DNA of 64,000 bases from Rhodomicrobiaceae bacterium (lineage in GTDB: Bacteria > Pseudomonadota > Alphaproteobacteria > Rhizobiales > Rhodomicrobiaceae), in assembly GCA_050290865.1 (NCBI GenBank), contig JBNKIW010000004.1, positions 147,916 to 211,915 of the forward strand, given 5' to 3'. Shown here piece by piece: positions 40,773 to 50,864 of this stretch. The translations under genes were made by a program, and so were the position numbers. The notes beneath the pieces are model-generated. The model worked only from the letters and a program-made list of their open reading frames with translations. It was not told where the DNA came from and did no database searches. Position 1 is the stretch's first letter. The number at the start of each line of letters is the position of its first letter.

Positions 40773-43700
40773 TCAGGCTTGATCCGTGGCGCCGCCTTCC
40801 ATGCGTTTCTTGAGTTGCAGGAGCGCGGCGAAAGGTGAATCCGGATCCGCCGGCTTTTCTTTCGGGGGACGGGCGGTCACCACGACGGGTCTTGCGCCTC
40901 GGTCAGGACGGGGACGTCCACGCCCGCCGTCACGGCCTCGCTCCTGCCTGCCCGGTTCGCGGCGATCATCGCGGTGCCGGTCGCGCTGACCGTCGCGTTG
41001 AGCAACCTTGTGATCGCCTTGAGGACGGCCACTCTGCGGAGCACCCGACTCCTGCTTTTCGGATTGCTGGCTGCGGCGGTCGCGGGCTTGATCCTGCCTG
41101 CGCTGTCCTTGGTGGCGGCGGTCGTCGGCCTGCGCGCGGCGGCGCGGACGCCAGATTTCCTCGTATTCCGGCTCGGCTGCCTCGGGCGAGCCGCTTTTGT
41201 CCGCGTCGGCGGTTGCGGGCGTTGCGGCCTCGGCGCCCGAGGTGGTCTCGGCCCCCGCATCGGCAGCGCTTTCTCCGGCGGACTCGGCCACAATCTCGAC
41301 GGCAGAGTCAACGACCGGAGCGGTTTCGGCGGCGACCTCCTGCTCCGGGGGCACAGATTCAGCGCCCGCATCCGGCGTGGCCGGGGCGGCTTCCTTTTCC
41401 GTTGCTGCAGCATCGGCAGCCTGCGGTGCGGCCTCGCTGTCGGGCTTTTTGGCAACGGGCCGCCGCTCCTTGCGGAAGCCGAGCGCCGCCAGGACGTTCC
41501 CCATTTCCTCCGTCGAACAGCCGATGATCGACAGCATTTCCGGCTGCACCTTGAACCCGCCGCGCCCGACGGCACCCGCCGGCGGTTCGGGCTTGGCTTC
41601 AGTCGGCTTCCACGAGGTGAGTGGGCGGATGAGGTCGGCGAGCCGCTCCAGCATGTCGATGCGCACTGCGCGCGATCCACAGACATGGAACCCCGCGGCG
41701 CGATAGAAAGTCTCCGGCAGCGCCTTGTCCACCATGACCGATGTCAGCCCCTGGCGCGGCGGTTCCGGCAGCGCCGCGGCATCGATGCCCACGGAGGCGC
41801 CATGTTTCAGCGCCCACAGGAGGAGGAGCAGGTCGGCGGCAGCGGGCTTGAGGAGAATGGGGAAATAAATGTTGTACGCGCCAAACCGTACACCGAACTT
41901 GCGCAATTCGGCCCGCGCCTGCTGATCGAGCGCGCGGATTTCCTCGGCAGCGATCTCGCGCGGCAGGACGCCCAGATTTTCCACCAGCCGGTAGCCGATG
42001 CCGCGCGCAAGCCCCGCCAGATCCTGCGCCTTCGACAGGTCGATCAGCGGCTTGAGGCGCGTTTCGATCGTCATCGTCAGCCACGCCTGGACGCGGCGGG
42101 TGACGCGTTCCTTATCGACCTGATTGAGATGTTCGTCCGCAGTCAGCACGAAAGCGGGGCGCAGCGGATCGTCGCTCGCCTCTATGCGCCCGATCTCCTG
42201 CTTCTCCCACGTCACGCCGCCCGTTCGCGTCAGGCCGAAGGCATCGTCCTTGGCGTCGTTGAGGCGCTCGGCGCGGTCGGTCAACTCGCGGGCGAGGATC
42301 TTCGCCGCGGCGCTGCGCGCGGCCTTGCCATGGACACCGGACGCAGATGCGTCGGGTGTGAAACGAAAGCCCTCAAGCTTGCCGACATAGTGCTTCTCGA
42401 CATAGATCTGGCCACTATGCTCGATATCGGCATAGAGCAAATCCTTGTCGCGCATACTCTTCATCAGGACACTGGTGCGGCGGTCCACGAAACGCTGCGT
42501 CAAAAGCTCGTGCAGCGCGTCCGACAGCGTGTCCTCGATGGCGCGCGCGCGCTCACGCCAATGGGCCGGGTCGGCCAGCCACTCGCCGCGATTGGATACG
42601 AATGTCCAGGTGCGGATATGGGCAATCCGGTTGGCCAGCGTATCGATATCGCCATCGGTGCGATCGGCTAGCGCCACCTGCGCCGCGAGCCAGTCCTGCG
42701 GGATGGTGGCCTCGGGAGCCATCAGGAATTTGTAGAGCGTGAGCACCAGGTCCGCATGCGCGCTATCGGAGATTTTGCGGTAGTCCGGCACCTGGCAGAC
42801 GTCCCACAACAGCCGGATCGCGGCGGGTGAGCGCGCCATGTCGGCCACGGCCGGATCGTTGCTCAGGGTTTCCAGCGCGATCAGATCGTCCGCGGCGCGC
42901 GCGCGGCCGAGCCGTTGCGAGGGCGGCGCCGTGCGAAGAGAATCCTTCAGCCGGTCGAGCGAGGAGAAATCGAGCGCGCTGTTCCGCCATTGCAGGATCT
43001 TCACAGGCTCGAATTCGTGGTTTTCCAGACAATTGACGATTTCGGGGGCGAACGGCGCCACGTCGCCCGTGACGCCGAAAGTGCCATCCTTCACGTGACG
43101 CCCGGCGCGGCCCGCGATCTGGCCGAGTTCCCCCGCTGAAAGTTCGCGATGGGCACGGCCGTCGAATTTGCGCGTCCCGGCAAAGGCGACATGATCGACG
43201 TCGAGATTGAGCCCCATGCCGATGGCATCGGTGGCGATGAGGAAATCCACCTCCCCCGACTGGTACATCTCGACCTGGGCGTTGCGCGTGCGCGGGCTGA
43301 GCGCGCCGAGCACGACGGCCGTGCCGCCGCGCTGGCTGCGGATCAGTTCGGCGACCGCATAGACGTCGCTCGCGGAGAACGCCACGATCGCCGAGCGTCG
43401 CGGCAGGCGTGTCATCTTCTTCTGGCCGCCATAGGTGAGTTTCGACATCCGGTGGCGCGTGATGAAATTGGCATCCGGCAGCAGATCGCGGATGACGCCG
43501 GCCATGGTCTCGGCGCCGAGCAGCAGCGTCTCGCTCCTGCCTCGTGCGGAGATGAGGCGCTCGGTAAAGACGTGACCGCGCTCGGCGTCGCCGGCGAGCT
43601 GGATTTCATCGATGGCGAGAAAATCGACGTCGATGTCGCGCGGCATCGCCTCGACGGTGCAGACATAATAGCGCGGGCGCTCGGGGATGATCTTCTCTTC

Positions 43701-43925
43701 GCCGGTGATCAGCGCGATGTTCGCCGCACCGGTGCGCGCCACGACCTTGTCGTAGACTTCGCGGGCCAGAAGCCGCAGAGGCAGGCCGATCAGCCCGCTT
43801 TCATGGCCGAGCATGCGCTCGATCGCCAGATGTGTCTTGCCGGTATTCGTCGGCCCCAGAACCGCGATGACGGAGCGCCCGCTGGCGGTCCGAAACGGGG
43901 AGGAGGCTTGAGCGATATCGGTCAT
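40773..43925 (-). CDS. SUV3-like superfamily-2 RNA helicase ('helicase-related protein' of alphaproteobacteria) with long charged C-terminal tail
   Basis: Walker A GPTNTGKT, DEIQ box, SAT-like and helicase C-terminal motifs. About 1050 aa. The C-terminal ~250 aa is an Ala/Glu-rich acidic stretch followed by an RD/RQ/RG-rich basic stretch. Confidence 0.75.
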   Translation of the reverse strand: MTDIAQASSPFRTASGRSVIAVLGPTNTGKTHLAIERMLGHESGLIGLPLRLLAREVYDKVVARTGAANIALITGEEKIIPERPRYYVCTVEAMPRDIDVDFLAIDEIQLAGDAERGHVFTERLISARGRSETLLLGAETMAGVIRDLLPDANFITRHRMSKLTYGGQKKMTRLPRRSAIVAFSASDVYAVAELIRSQRGGTAVVLGALSPRTRNAQVEMYQSGEVDFLIATDAIGMGLNLDVDHVAFAGTRKFDGRAHRELSAGELGQIAGRAGRHVKDGTFGVTGDVAPFAPEIVNCLENHEFEPVKILQWRNSALDFSSLDRLKDSLRTAPPSQRLGRARAADDLIALETLSNDPAVADMARSPAAIRLLWDVCQVPDYRKISDSAHADLVLTLYKFLMAPEATIPQDWLAAQVALADRTDGDIDTLANRIAHIRTWTFVSNRGEWLADPAHWRERARAIEDTLSDALHELLTQRFVDRRTSVLMKSMRDKDLLYADIEHSGQIYVEKHYVGKLEGFRFTPDASASGVHGKAARSAAAKILARELTDRAERLNDAKDDAFGLTRTGGVTWEKQEIGRIEASDDPLRPAFVLTADEHLNQVDKERVTRRVQAWLTMTIETRLKPLIDLSKAQDLAGLARGIGYRLVENLGVLPREIAAEEIRALDQQARAELRKFGVRFGAYNIYFPILLKPAAADLLLLLWALKHGASVGIDAAALPEPPRQGLTSVMVDKALPETFYRAAGFHVCGSRAVRIDMLERLADLIRPLTSWKPTEAKPEPPAGAVGRGGFKVQPEMLSIIGCSTEEMGNVLAALGFRKERRPVAKKPDSEAAPQAADAAATEKEAAPATPDAGAESVPPEQEVAAETAPVVDSAVEIVAESAGESAADAGAETTSGAEAATPATADADKSGSPEAAEPEYEEIWRPRRRAQADDRRHQGQRRQDQARDRRSQQSEKQESGAPQSGRPQGDHKVAQRDGQRDRHRDDRREPGRQERGRDGGRGRPRPDRGARPVVVTARPPKEKPADPDSPFAALLQLKKRMEGGATDQA

Positions 43926-44169
43926 TACGGCATTCCCTCAATACAAAAGCAATCGCCACGCGGCGCAACCGGAGGTCGAGCCAGCGTTATAGAGCACCGA
44001 AGCGGCCTTTTGGCCAGCCTCCATGGAACCGCCTGTGGACTTTGTCGCCAGCAATATGGGGGAGGCTTGGCCGTCTTGCCGGTATCTAAAGGAAAATATC
44101 ATGAACGACTCATGTACGAATCGCGCGGGTTGCCGGTCTTCGCCCTTTGTTCACCCGCTGAAACCGTGT

Positions 44170-45066
44170 CTATTCAACCTCAGCCTTGACCCGGGCTCGC
44201 GCACGCCTGCGAACGCCGGGCATTCTGACGTCAAAATCGACGGCGGTCAGCGTCGCGGCACCGACCGGCGTGGGTATGTAGATGTAGTATGGGACGTAAA
44301 GGCCCGATTTTGAAATCGGTATCATCCACACTTCAATGCTCTCATTCCTGGCCGCGAAGGCGCTCTCGTCATCGCCGCGCTTGTGCCCCGCGATGGGAAC
44401 GTATTTCACCTTGCAGATCCGGGCAGGGCCCCTGTAACCGTCCGCCGTCTTCACCCGCTTGCTCCGTTTATAGGACAACTGGATGTCGTAGCGCGCCTTG
44501 CCGTCGAAAATGGGAAGCCGCCGGTCGCAGACCCCCGGCCCGGTCCTGTCGACGCCGACATTGCTCAAGAGCAGTACCGCACTCAACGGATCGAGGACGC
44601 CGTACATGTGCTGGCGGGTCACCGGGATACGCCTCGACGAGCGCTTCTGCGGCGGGTTGACCGCGATCTCGCGAACGGATTTACCCGCGAATTTCACCCT
44701 GATCTGCTCGGCCTTGTTCGAGGTCGTATAACCGAAGCTGTAGGCCGCTGGGAGGGGGCTGCTGCCGACGACGCGCCCTCTTGAAGAGGTTCGGCCGTGC
44801 CACTCGAAAATCAGCCCGGCAAGTACACTGATCCGCGCGTCGGCGCTAAGGGTGTACCGATGATTGGCGAGACGGGCGTCGAGGATGAACTCGCCAATTC
44901 CCATCCCGTTGAAGCCGATACTGTAGACGGCCCTCACCCTGGAGGCCTTGACCGGTGACGCGGCCGCAGCCTCGCCAGATCCCAGGAGAACGGCAAAAAT
45001 CATCGCCCCGAAAGCAAGGGGACTGAACACAAAGGCTAGCCTGCGTCCCGCGCGCGCAGCACTCAT
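44170..45066 (-). CDS. DUF3108-like exported protein
   Basis: N-terminal signal/TM (LAFVFSPLAFGAMIFAVLLGSGEAAAA), then a ~270-aa beta-rich domain resembling DUF3108. Confidence 0.5.
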   Translation of the reverse strand: MSAARAGRRLAFVFSPLAFGAMIFAVLLGSGEAAAASPVKASRVRAVYSIGFNGMGIGEFILDARLANHRYTLSADARISVLAGLIFEWHGRTSSRGRVVGSSPLPAAYSFGYTTSNKAEQIRVKFAGKSVREIAVNPPQKRSSRRIPVTRQHMYGVLDPLSAVLLLSNVGVDRTGPGVCDRRLPIFDGKARYDIQLSYKRSKRVKTADGYRGPARICKVKYVPIAGHKRGDDESAFAARNESIEVWMIPISKSGLYVPYYIYIPTPVGAATLTAVDFDVRMPGVRRRARARVKAEVE

Positions 45067-45531
45067 GGCGGATCCCCGTAACTCTCGACTTGGCGGCGTC
45101 ATCAGAACGCCCATACGTTACAACTCCACGAAATGCGAAGCAGAAGCACCGTCCTTAACGGTAACGCTTATTGCGGCATATCGCAAACTAGGCCATTCAC
45201 GGCCAGTCCACCATGTCATGCCGTATTTTTCAATTTAGTCAATTGTATGTTTGGCAGCTTGGAAGCGGCAGATTTAGGGGGCGTCCCCTCCCTTCGGTTG
45301 CACCTGCCCGCGCTCCTCGCCCACCGCCCCGAGCCGGATCGACGAAAGAACGTTCCCCGGCCGGCAGACGGAAGCGGGAAGACGCCGGGCCCCTGCGTAC
45401 ACCGGATTCATTAAGAAACGATTCGCATTTGCAGGTACGCCGCGTGGGCGATATGATCGCCGGGCCCCATGAGGCCAAGGCGCTGGAAGCGCCGCAAGTC
45501 TTTGGTAGGAAACGCGAAGTTAGGAACACTC

Positions 45532-46062
45532 ATGAAATGGAAACCGCTGGCCCTCGTGGCCGCGCTTGTACTCGTGCCCACCCTGGTCCAGGCCCACGGG
45601 CCGACGCGGAAGAAAGTTACCGAAACTGTCGAGATCGCTGCACCGGCGGACAAGGTGTGGGCGCGGATCGGCAACTTCCAGGATGTGTCCTGGCACCCCG
45701 CCGTTGCCAAGACCGAAGGCAAAGGCGGCAATGACAAGGGCGCCACGCGCACCCTGACGCTGAAAGGCGGCGGTACCATCGAAGAGGTGCTCGAAAAGCA
45801 CGACGCCCCCGGCATGAACTACTTCTATCGCATCACGAAAGTGGACGTGAAGGTTCTGCCGGTGACCAACTATGCCTCCTGGCTGACAGTGCGTGCCGTC
45901 GATGGCGGCAAGTCGAAAGTGGAGTGGAAGGGCGCGTTCTATCGCGGCTATCCCAACAACGACCCGCCGCCGGAACTGAACGACGAGGCCGCGATGAAAG
46001 CCGTCCGCGGCGTTTACCGCGCCGGGCTGGATGCGCTGAAAGCATCGCTCGAAGGCAAATGA
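45532..46062 (+). CDS. SRPBCC (START/Bet v1-like polyketide cyclase fold) protein, exported
   Basis: Signal peptide MKWKPLALVAALVLVPTLVQA, then an SRPBCC-like domain (VETVEIAAPADKVWARIGNFQDVSWHP). SD AGGAA. The stop overlaps the next gene's start (ATGA). Confidence 0.6.
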   Translation: MKWKPLALVAALVLVPTLVQAHGPTRKKVTETVEIAAPADKVWARIGNFQDVSWHPAVAKTEGKGGNDKGATRTLTLKGGGTIEEVLEKHDAPGMNYFYRITKVDVKVLPVTNYASWLTVRAVDGGKSKVEWKGAFYRGYPNNDPPPELNDEAAMKAVRGVYRAGLDALKASLEGK

Positions 46063-47009
46063 GCCACGCCATCTGGCGCGCTGCCGCCGCTTGCCTGTTC
46101 CTCCTCGCACCGCGGGCCTTCGCGGGCGAGGAGGCATTCGTCACCAATCAGAACGATGACACCGTCGCCATCGTCGATCTCGACACCATGCGCGTGGCGG
46201 CGAAGATGTCCGTCCCCGGCAAGCCGGTGGGGGTGGCCGTCAGCCGCGACGGGCGGCGCGCCTACATCACCAGTCCCGATGCCAAGACGCTGACCGTGAT
46301 CGACGCGGAAAGGCGTGCCGCTGTCAAGACCATCGCACTCAAGGGCGGGCCGTTCGGCGTCGCGGTGCACCCGTCCGGCGCGCCTGTCTACGTCACCGAC
46401 TGGTACGAGAACCGCCTGTTCGTGATCGACGCCGCGGCGGGTGCCATTACCGCCGAAATCCCCGTGGGAAAGGCGCCGTCTGGCGTCGCCGTTTCGGAGG
46501 ACGGCCGGACCATCGTCACCGCCGATCGCGATAGCGATCAGGTGACGCTCATCGACGCCGTTAGCCTGAAGCCCATCGCCACGGTGAAGGTGGGCAAACG
46601 CCCCTTCGGTGTGACCATCGACGGCGCCACGGGGCGCGTGTTCACCGCCAATGTCGCCAGCGACTCGGTTTCGGTGGTGGACATGGCGGCGCGGAAAGTC
46701 CTCGCCGAGGTGCCGGTGGGCGAGCGGCCCTACGCAGTTGCGCTGGGTGAAGGCAAGGCCTTCGTCACCGACCAGTACGGCGGCACGGTGAGCGTGTTCG
46801 ACACCGCAACCTATGCGGGCCTGGGCAGGATCAAGGTGGCCGAATATCCCGAGGGCATCGCGGCGAGCGCCGATGGCCGGTGCATCTATGTTGCCAACTG
46901 GTTCGACAACAAGCTCACGAAGATCGACGCCGCGGCGCAGAAAATCCTGAGCGTCGTTGAGACCGGCGATGGCCCGCGCGCGTTTGGCACGTTCATCCGC
47001 CGGAGATAG
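46059..47009 (+). CDS. YVTN-family beta-propeller repeat protein, exported
   Basis: Signal peptide, then seven ~40-aa repeats of the P-x-G-V/A-V-S-x-D-G pattern (YVTN / PQQ-catabolism-associated beta-propeller type). Confidence 0.7.
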   Translation: MSHAIWRAAAACLFLLAPRAFAGEEAFVTNQNDDTVAIVDLDTMRVAAKMSVPGKPVGVAVSRDGRRAYITSPDAKTLTVIDAERRAAVKTIALKGGPFGVAVHPSGAPVYVTDWYENRLFVIDAAAGAITAEIPVGKAPSGVAVSEDGRTIVTADRDSDQVTLIDAVSLKPIATVKVGKRPFGVTIDGATGRVFTANVASDSVSVVDMAARKVLAEVPVGERPYAVALGEGKAFVTDQYGGTVSVFDTATYAGLGRIKVAEYPEGIAASADGRCIYVANWFDNKLTKIDAAAQKILSVVETGDGPRAFGTFIRRR

Positions 47010-47030
47010 CTGGCGCGGGCGGCGGCACCG

Positions 47031-48905
47031 TCATTCCGCGGGCTCCAGGACGGGCTCCGCCCGTTCAGACATGCCTTCCAGCGCCTTCAGGATCGCGGGA
47101 TAATCGAAATTCTCCGCCAGCATGTTCAGCCGCGCGCTGAGTTCACCGTCGCCCTCGCTGATCCGCCCGATCACCGCCTCGATCCACTCGCTGTTGAGGC
47201 TTTCCAGCGCGGCCTTCAGCTCTTTACGCATCGCTGGCGCCAGTCCGGCGAGCATGGCTGGCGTCAGCTCCGGCGGCGCGCTCTCCGAAACCGTCCTTTC
47301 GGCGGCGCGGTAAACGTATTTCACGCCCAGGAGGCGCGCCATGCAGTCATAGACTTCGTAAAAACGATACGGCCTGCGCACGAATTCATCCATGCCCGCG
47401 CTGAGCATGTCCTGCCAGTGCTCTCTGAAGGCGGAGGGCGTCACCGCCACGATCTTCACGTCCTTGCCGCCGGGCAGCGCGCGGATGCGCCGTGCCGCCT
47501 CCTTGCCGTCTATGACGGGCATCCGGCTGTCCATCCAGATCAGATGCGGATGCCATTCCTCGAATAGCTGCACGCAGCGCTCGCCATTCTCGGCGACCTT
47601 CACCTCGACGCCGATATCGGTCATGAGCCGGCTCAGCAGAAGCGCGCTTTCGCGCTGATCGTCGGCAACGATGACACGCCAGTTCGGCTGGCCGGGTGCG
47701 AGCCCGGCAACTTCACCGAACTGTACCGGCATTTCCAGTTCCGCGACGTCCGCGCCGCTCACCGGCTCGAAAGGCAGCTCGATGCGGAAGGTGGAGCCCC
47801 TGCCCGGCGTGCTTTCCACGCTCATGTCGCCACCCATGATCGTCATGTTGCGGCGGCAGATGGTGAGGCCCAGCCCGGTGCCCCGCTGCGCGGCGATATC
47901 CGGAAGTTGCACAAAGGGTTCGAATACGCGCCGCCGGTCTTCCGGCTTTATGCCGGGTCCCGTGTCTTCCACCTCGATGACGAGGCGCTCCGGCGTCCCG
48001 TGACGGGTGCCCAGCCGGATCGTGATCGCACCCTGATCCGTGAATTTCACGGCGTTGCCGACGAGATTGGTGAGCACCTGGCGCAGCCGGGCTTCGTCGC
48101 CCCTGATGTGGCTGGGAAAGGGCGAGCTCTGATCGAGCAGAAGGCGCAGGCCCTTTTCCCGCGCCCGCACGCGCATCAGCCCCGCGACGTCGCGTACCAT
48201 GGTCGCGAGATCGAAGGGAGCGATATCTGCCCGCATGTTCCCGGCTTCGATCTTGGCCACTTCGAGTATGTCGTGGATCAGGCTGAGGAGATGGCGCCCG
48301 CTGGCATTGATGATGTCCAGGTTTTCGCGCTGGGTGGCGGTGAGGCCGGGCTCGCGGCGCATCATGGCGGAAAAGCCGAGAATGGCGGTCAGGGGGGTGT
48401 GCAGTTCGTCGCTCATATTGGCGAGGAACACGTTCTTTGCCTTGTCCGCTGACGTCGCCGCGCCGCGCGCGACGTTCAACTCGGCGTTGCGCGCCTCAAG
48501 CGTCCGTTCAAGACGCTCATTGGCCTGCTGGAGCAATTCCCCCACCCTCTCGCGCCTCTCGGTGCGCTCCTTGATGTCTCCTATCATCAGGTTGAAGGCT
48601 GCAGCCGGTTCGGTGAAGGCACCGTTGCTTCTGGCGTCAACGGGCTGATCACAAATGCCCCGGCCGACACGCCGCATGGCGGCGCAAAGCTCACCGGTTT
48701 GGCTGTCGATCTCCCGGCTTGCGAGGAATATGCTGGCGGCGGAGATTATCAACATCAAGATGGTTATGGCGACTACGGCCACCAGGATCGCCGGCCGCGA
48801 TGTCGTGACACCGTCCTGGGCGATAAGGAGAGCCGCCAGGATGGTGCCCGCCCCCGCCGTCAGCGCGGCCCAAAATCCTAATCGAAGCCTCGTCCGGATA
48901 CTCAC
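47031..48905 (-). CDS. Hybrid sensor histidine kinase with C-terminal receiver domain (intramembrane-sensing type)
   Basis: GTG start. Two TM helices with a very short loop. HAMP-like/coiled-coil region. H-box MSDELHTPLTAILGFSAMM. HATPase_c. REC (IWMDSRMPV), then a ~100-aa C-terminal extension. Confidence 0.85.
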   Translation of the reverse strand: MSIRTRLRLGFWAALTAGAGTILAALLIAQDGVTTSRPAILVAVVAITILMLIISAASIFLASREIDSQTGELCAAMRRVGRGICDQPVDARSNGAFTEPAAAFNLMIGDIKERTERRERVGELLQQANERLERTLEARNAELNVARGAATSADKAKNVFLANMSDELHTPLTAILGFSAMMRREPGLTATQRENLDIINASGRHLLSLIHDILEVAKIEAGNMRADIAPFDLATMVRDVAGLMRVRAREKGLRLLLDQSSPFPSHIRGDEARLRQVLTNLVGNAVKFTDQGAITIRLGTRHGTPERLVIEVEDTGPGIKPEDRRRVFEPFVQLPDIAAQRGTGLGLTICRRNMTIMGGDMSVESTPGRGSTFRIELPFEPVSGADVAELEMPVQFGEVAGLAPGQPNWRVIVADDQRESALLLSRLMTDIGVEVKVAENGERCVQLFEEWHPHLIWMDSRMPVIDGKEAARRIRALPGGKDVKIVAVTPSAFREHWQDMLSAGMDEFVRRPYRFYEVYDCMARLLGVKYVYRAAERTVSESAPPELTPAMLAGLAPAMRKELKAALESLNSEWIEAVIGRISEGDGELSARLNMLAENFDYPAILKALEGMSERAEPVLEPAE

Positions 48906-49057
48906 GGCGCATCACCTGTCTGAACGCTGGCGGTTCCGGCCCGCTGCTGGCAACGGGCACAGGATCGGCCGCGCGGATCCCGCAACGGCCTGCCGCCGGT
49001 TTCAACCCGGATCAGGAGTACGCCAGTCATGGCTTATTTTTCATAAACGCGCGCCGC

Positions 49058-49579
49058 TCAGCAGGGAAGCCCGCGCCGTGCTTCCTGGTCCGCAAGCCGC
49101 AGAAGCGTCGGGATGCGATATTTGCCGTGCATCGCGTGGATGGCCCGGGCCGCCTCGTCCTGGCTCAGGCCCGCCGCCGTCACATGGAGCGGCTTCCGGC
49201 TGACACCGCGAATGACGGCGGTTGACCAGCAGTCGCCTCGGAAGGGCGTTTTGGCGACGCCGATGACCGGTATCTTCCGTCCCAGCGCCTCATACACATA
49301 CGCGCCGAGGCCCGGCCTGCCATTGCCGTCCAGCCAGACATAGCCGTCGATGATGACGGCCTTCACAGGCTGAGGGCGTTTCTTGAGTACCGCGAGAATA
49401 ACTGGAAGTTCTCGCTTGTAGAACGCACCGGGTTCATACTGCGCCGAAGTCGTCACGCTGGCTGTCAGAACCTCCGCCGCCTTTTCGTCCCGCCAGTCCC
49501 GGAAAAAGACGCAGGCTGCATGAGCCAGGGTCTCGCTATAGGCGGCATCGACGCAGGCAAAGAATTCCGGCATAACCAT
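49058..49579 (-). CDS. Endonuclease V-family protein (short form)
   Basis: Motifs DGxGxxHPRxxGxAxxxG...PVIGVAK (IIDGYVWLDGNGRPGLGAYVYEALGRKIPVIGVAKTPF) collinear with E. coli Nfi residues ~35-200. 173 aa, lacking about 40 N-terminal residues of Nfi. Confidence 0.6.
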   Translation of the reverse strand: MVMPEFFACVDAAYSETLAHAACVFFRDWRDEKAAEVLTASVTTSAQYEPGAFYKRELPVILAVLKKRPQPVKAVIIDGYVWLDGNGRPGLGAYVYEALGRKIPVIGVAKTPFRGDCWSTAVIRGVSRKPLHVTAAGLSQDEAARAIHAMHGKYRIPTLLRLADQEARRGLPC

Positions 49580-49786
49580 ACACCTCGGTTCAACGCCTTC
49601 GCGGAGCGCTTGTTCTTGACGTATCCCCGCTCATAGCCGGTTTTGCGCCACGCAATGCTATAAAGTGTCTTGGTGTGGGAAAACGGACATGCTTTGTGGA
49701 GGTGCTCTGAGAGCGGTGCCAGCAACGAAGCGGCGGCAAGTCCAGTCATGCAGGCCGCGTGTTGCGGCGGAAGTGATCCGCGCCCG

Positions 49787-50617
49787 TCAGAGGGGGGCGC
49801 CGAAACGGTGCAATTCGGCACCTTTCTGTTTCAGCCACGTCCGTGCTTTCTGCATGTCGGGCATGGTTTCGCGAACGAGGCGCCAGAAGCGCGGCCCGTG
49901 GTTCATCTCACGCAGATGTGCGATTTCGTGGGCGGCGACGTAATCCAGCACGAAGCCGGGCGCAAATATCAACCTCCAGGAAAACGACACGGTTCCGGTT
50001 GCCGAACACGAACCCCAGCGTGAACTCTGGTCGCGGACGGCGATCCGTTTCGGGCGCACACCGAGGTTGGCGGCGTGACGGTTGGCGGCTTCGGTGAAGT
50101 CGCCCTTGGCCTCCGTACGGAGCCAGTCGGCCAGACGGCGGCCACCGTGCGACTGTCCCCCGGAAACACAAATACGCGGGACTTCCCGCGTATCACCAAT
50201 CCATGCATTGAGGCTGGGCCACTGCTCACAGGCGCCGTTGGTGCCCCATTGATCCATCGGCGCCAGGCTATCGGCCTCCTCAACCCATACGACGCCCTGA
50301 TAGCGTACGGCACCGACGAAATTGATGCGGTGGGTCACGCCGCGGAGCGGTACGACGGCGCCATCGATGAAGGGGATCGGTTCGGGAAGACGCCGGATCT
50401 GGCGTTTCAGCCATTCGACATGGCGGGCCAGGAAATCCCCGGCTTCTTCCAGGTTAACCTGTTGGGGAAGGGTAAGGATCGCGGCGCGTTCGGTGTGGCT
50501 GACTTTGAGCGAAAATCGTCGCGCGCGCTTCGACCGGCGCAACTCAAGGGGGCAATCAACCCCCACGAGTTTTACTTTCAGCGCGGCCTCCGCCGCATCG
50601 TATTGCCTCAAAAGCAT
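49787..50617 (-). CDS. M48-family/DUF45 (YgjP-like) metal-dependent hydrolase
   Basis: HExxH zinc motif in YVAAHEIAHLREMNHGPRFW near the C-terminus. DUF45/YgjP architecture. 276 aa. Confidence 0.7.
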   Translation of the reverse strand: MLLRQYDAAEAALKVKLVGVDCPLELRRSKRARRFSLKVSHTERAAILTLPQQVNLEEAGDFLARHVEWLKRQIRRLPEPIPFIDGAVVPLRGVTHRINFVGAVRYQGVVWVEEADSLAPMDQWGTNGACEQWPSLNAWIGDTREVPRICVSGGQSHGGRRLADWLRTEAKGDFTEAANRHAANLGVRPKRIAVRDQSSRWGSCSATGTVSFSWRLIFAPGFVLDYVAAHEIAHLREMNHGPRFWRLVRETMPDMQKARTWLKQKGAELHRFGAPL

Positions 50618-50864
50618 GGGTCCCCCAACATCCCCAGTGCCCGCGTAGCGTTGGATCTATTCCCATCAAGGTGAAACTTTAGCATGCGCACATTCCCAAT
50701 GCTGTTGCATTAGCAAGACAGTTCGAGAAATAAACTATGATCGTAACACAATTTTGGCGGTGCACCATACGGCTTATGTCTCACTTCGTGACATCCCTTA
50801 GGGGATCATAATTGTTAGATTGTAACCAGCTTAGCCTGACAGAAGGGTAAATGAGCGAGACGGA

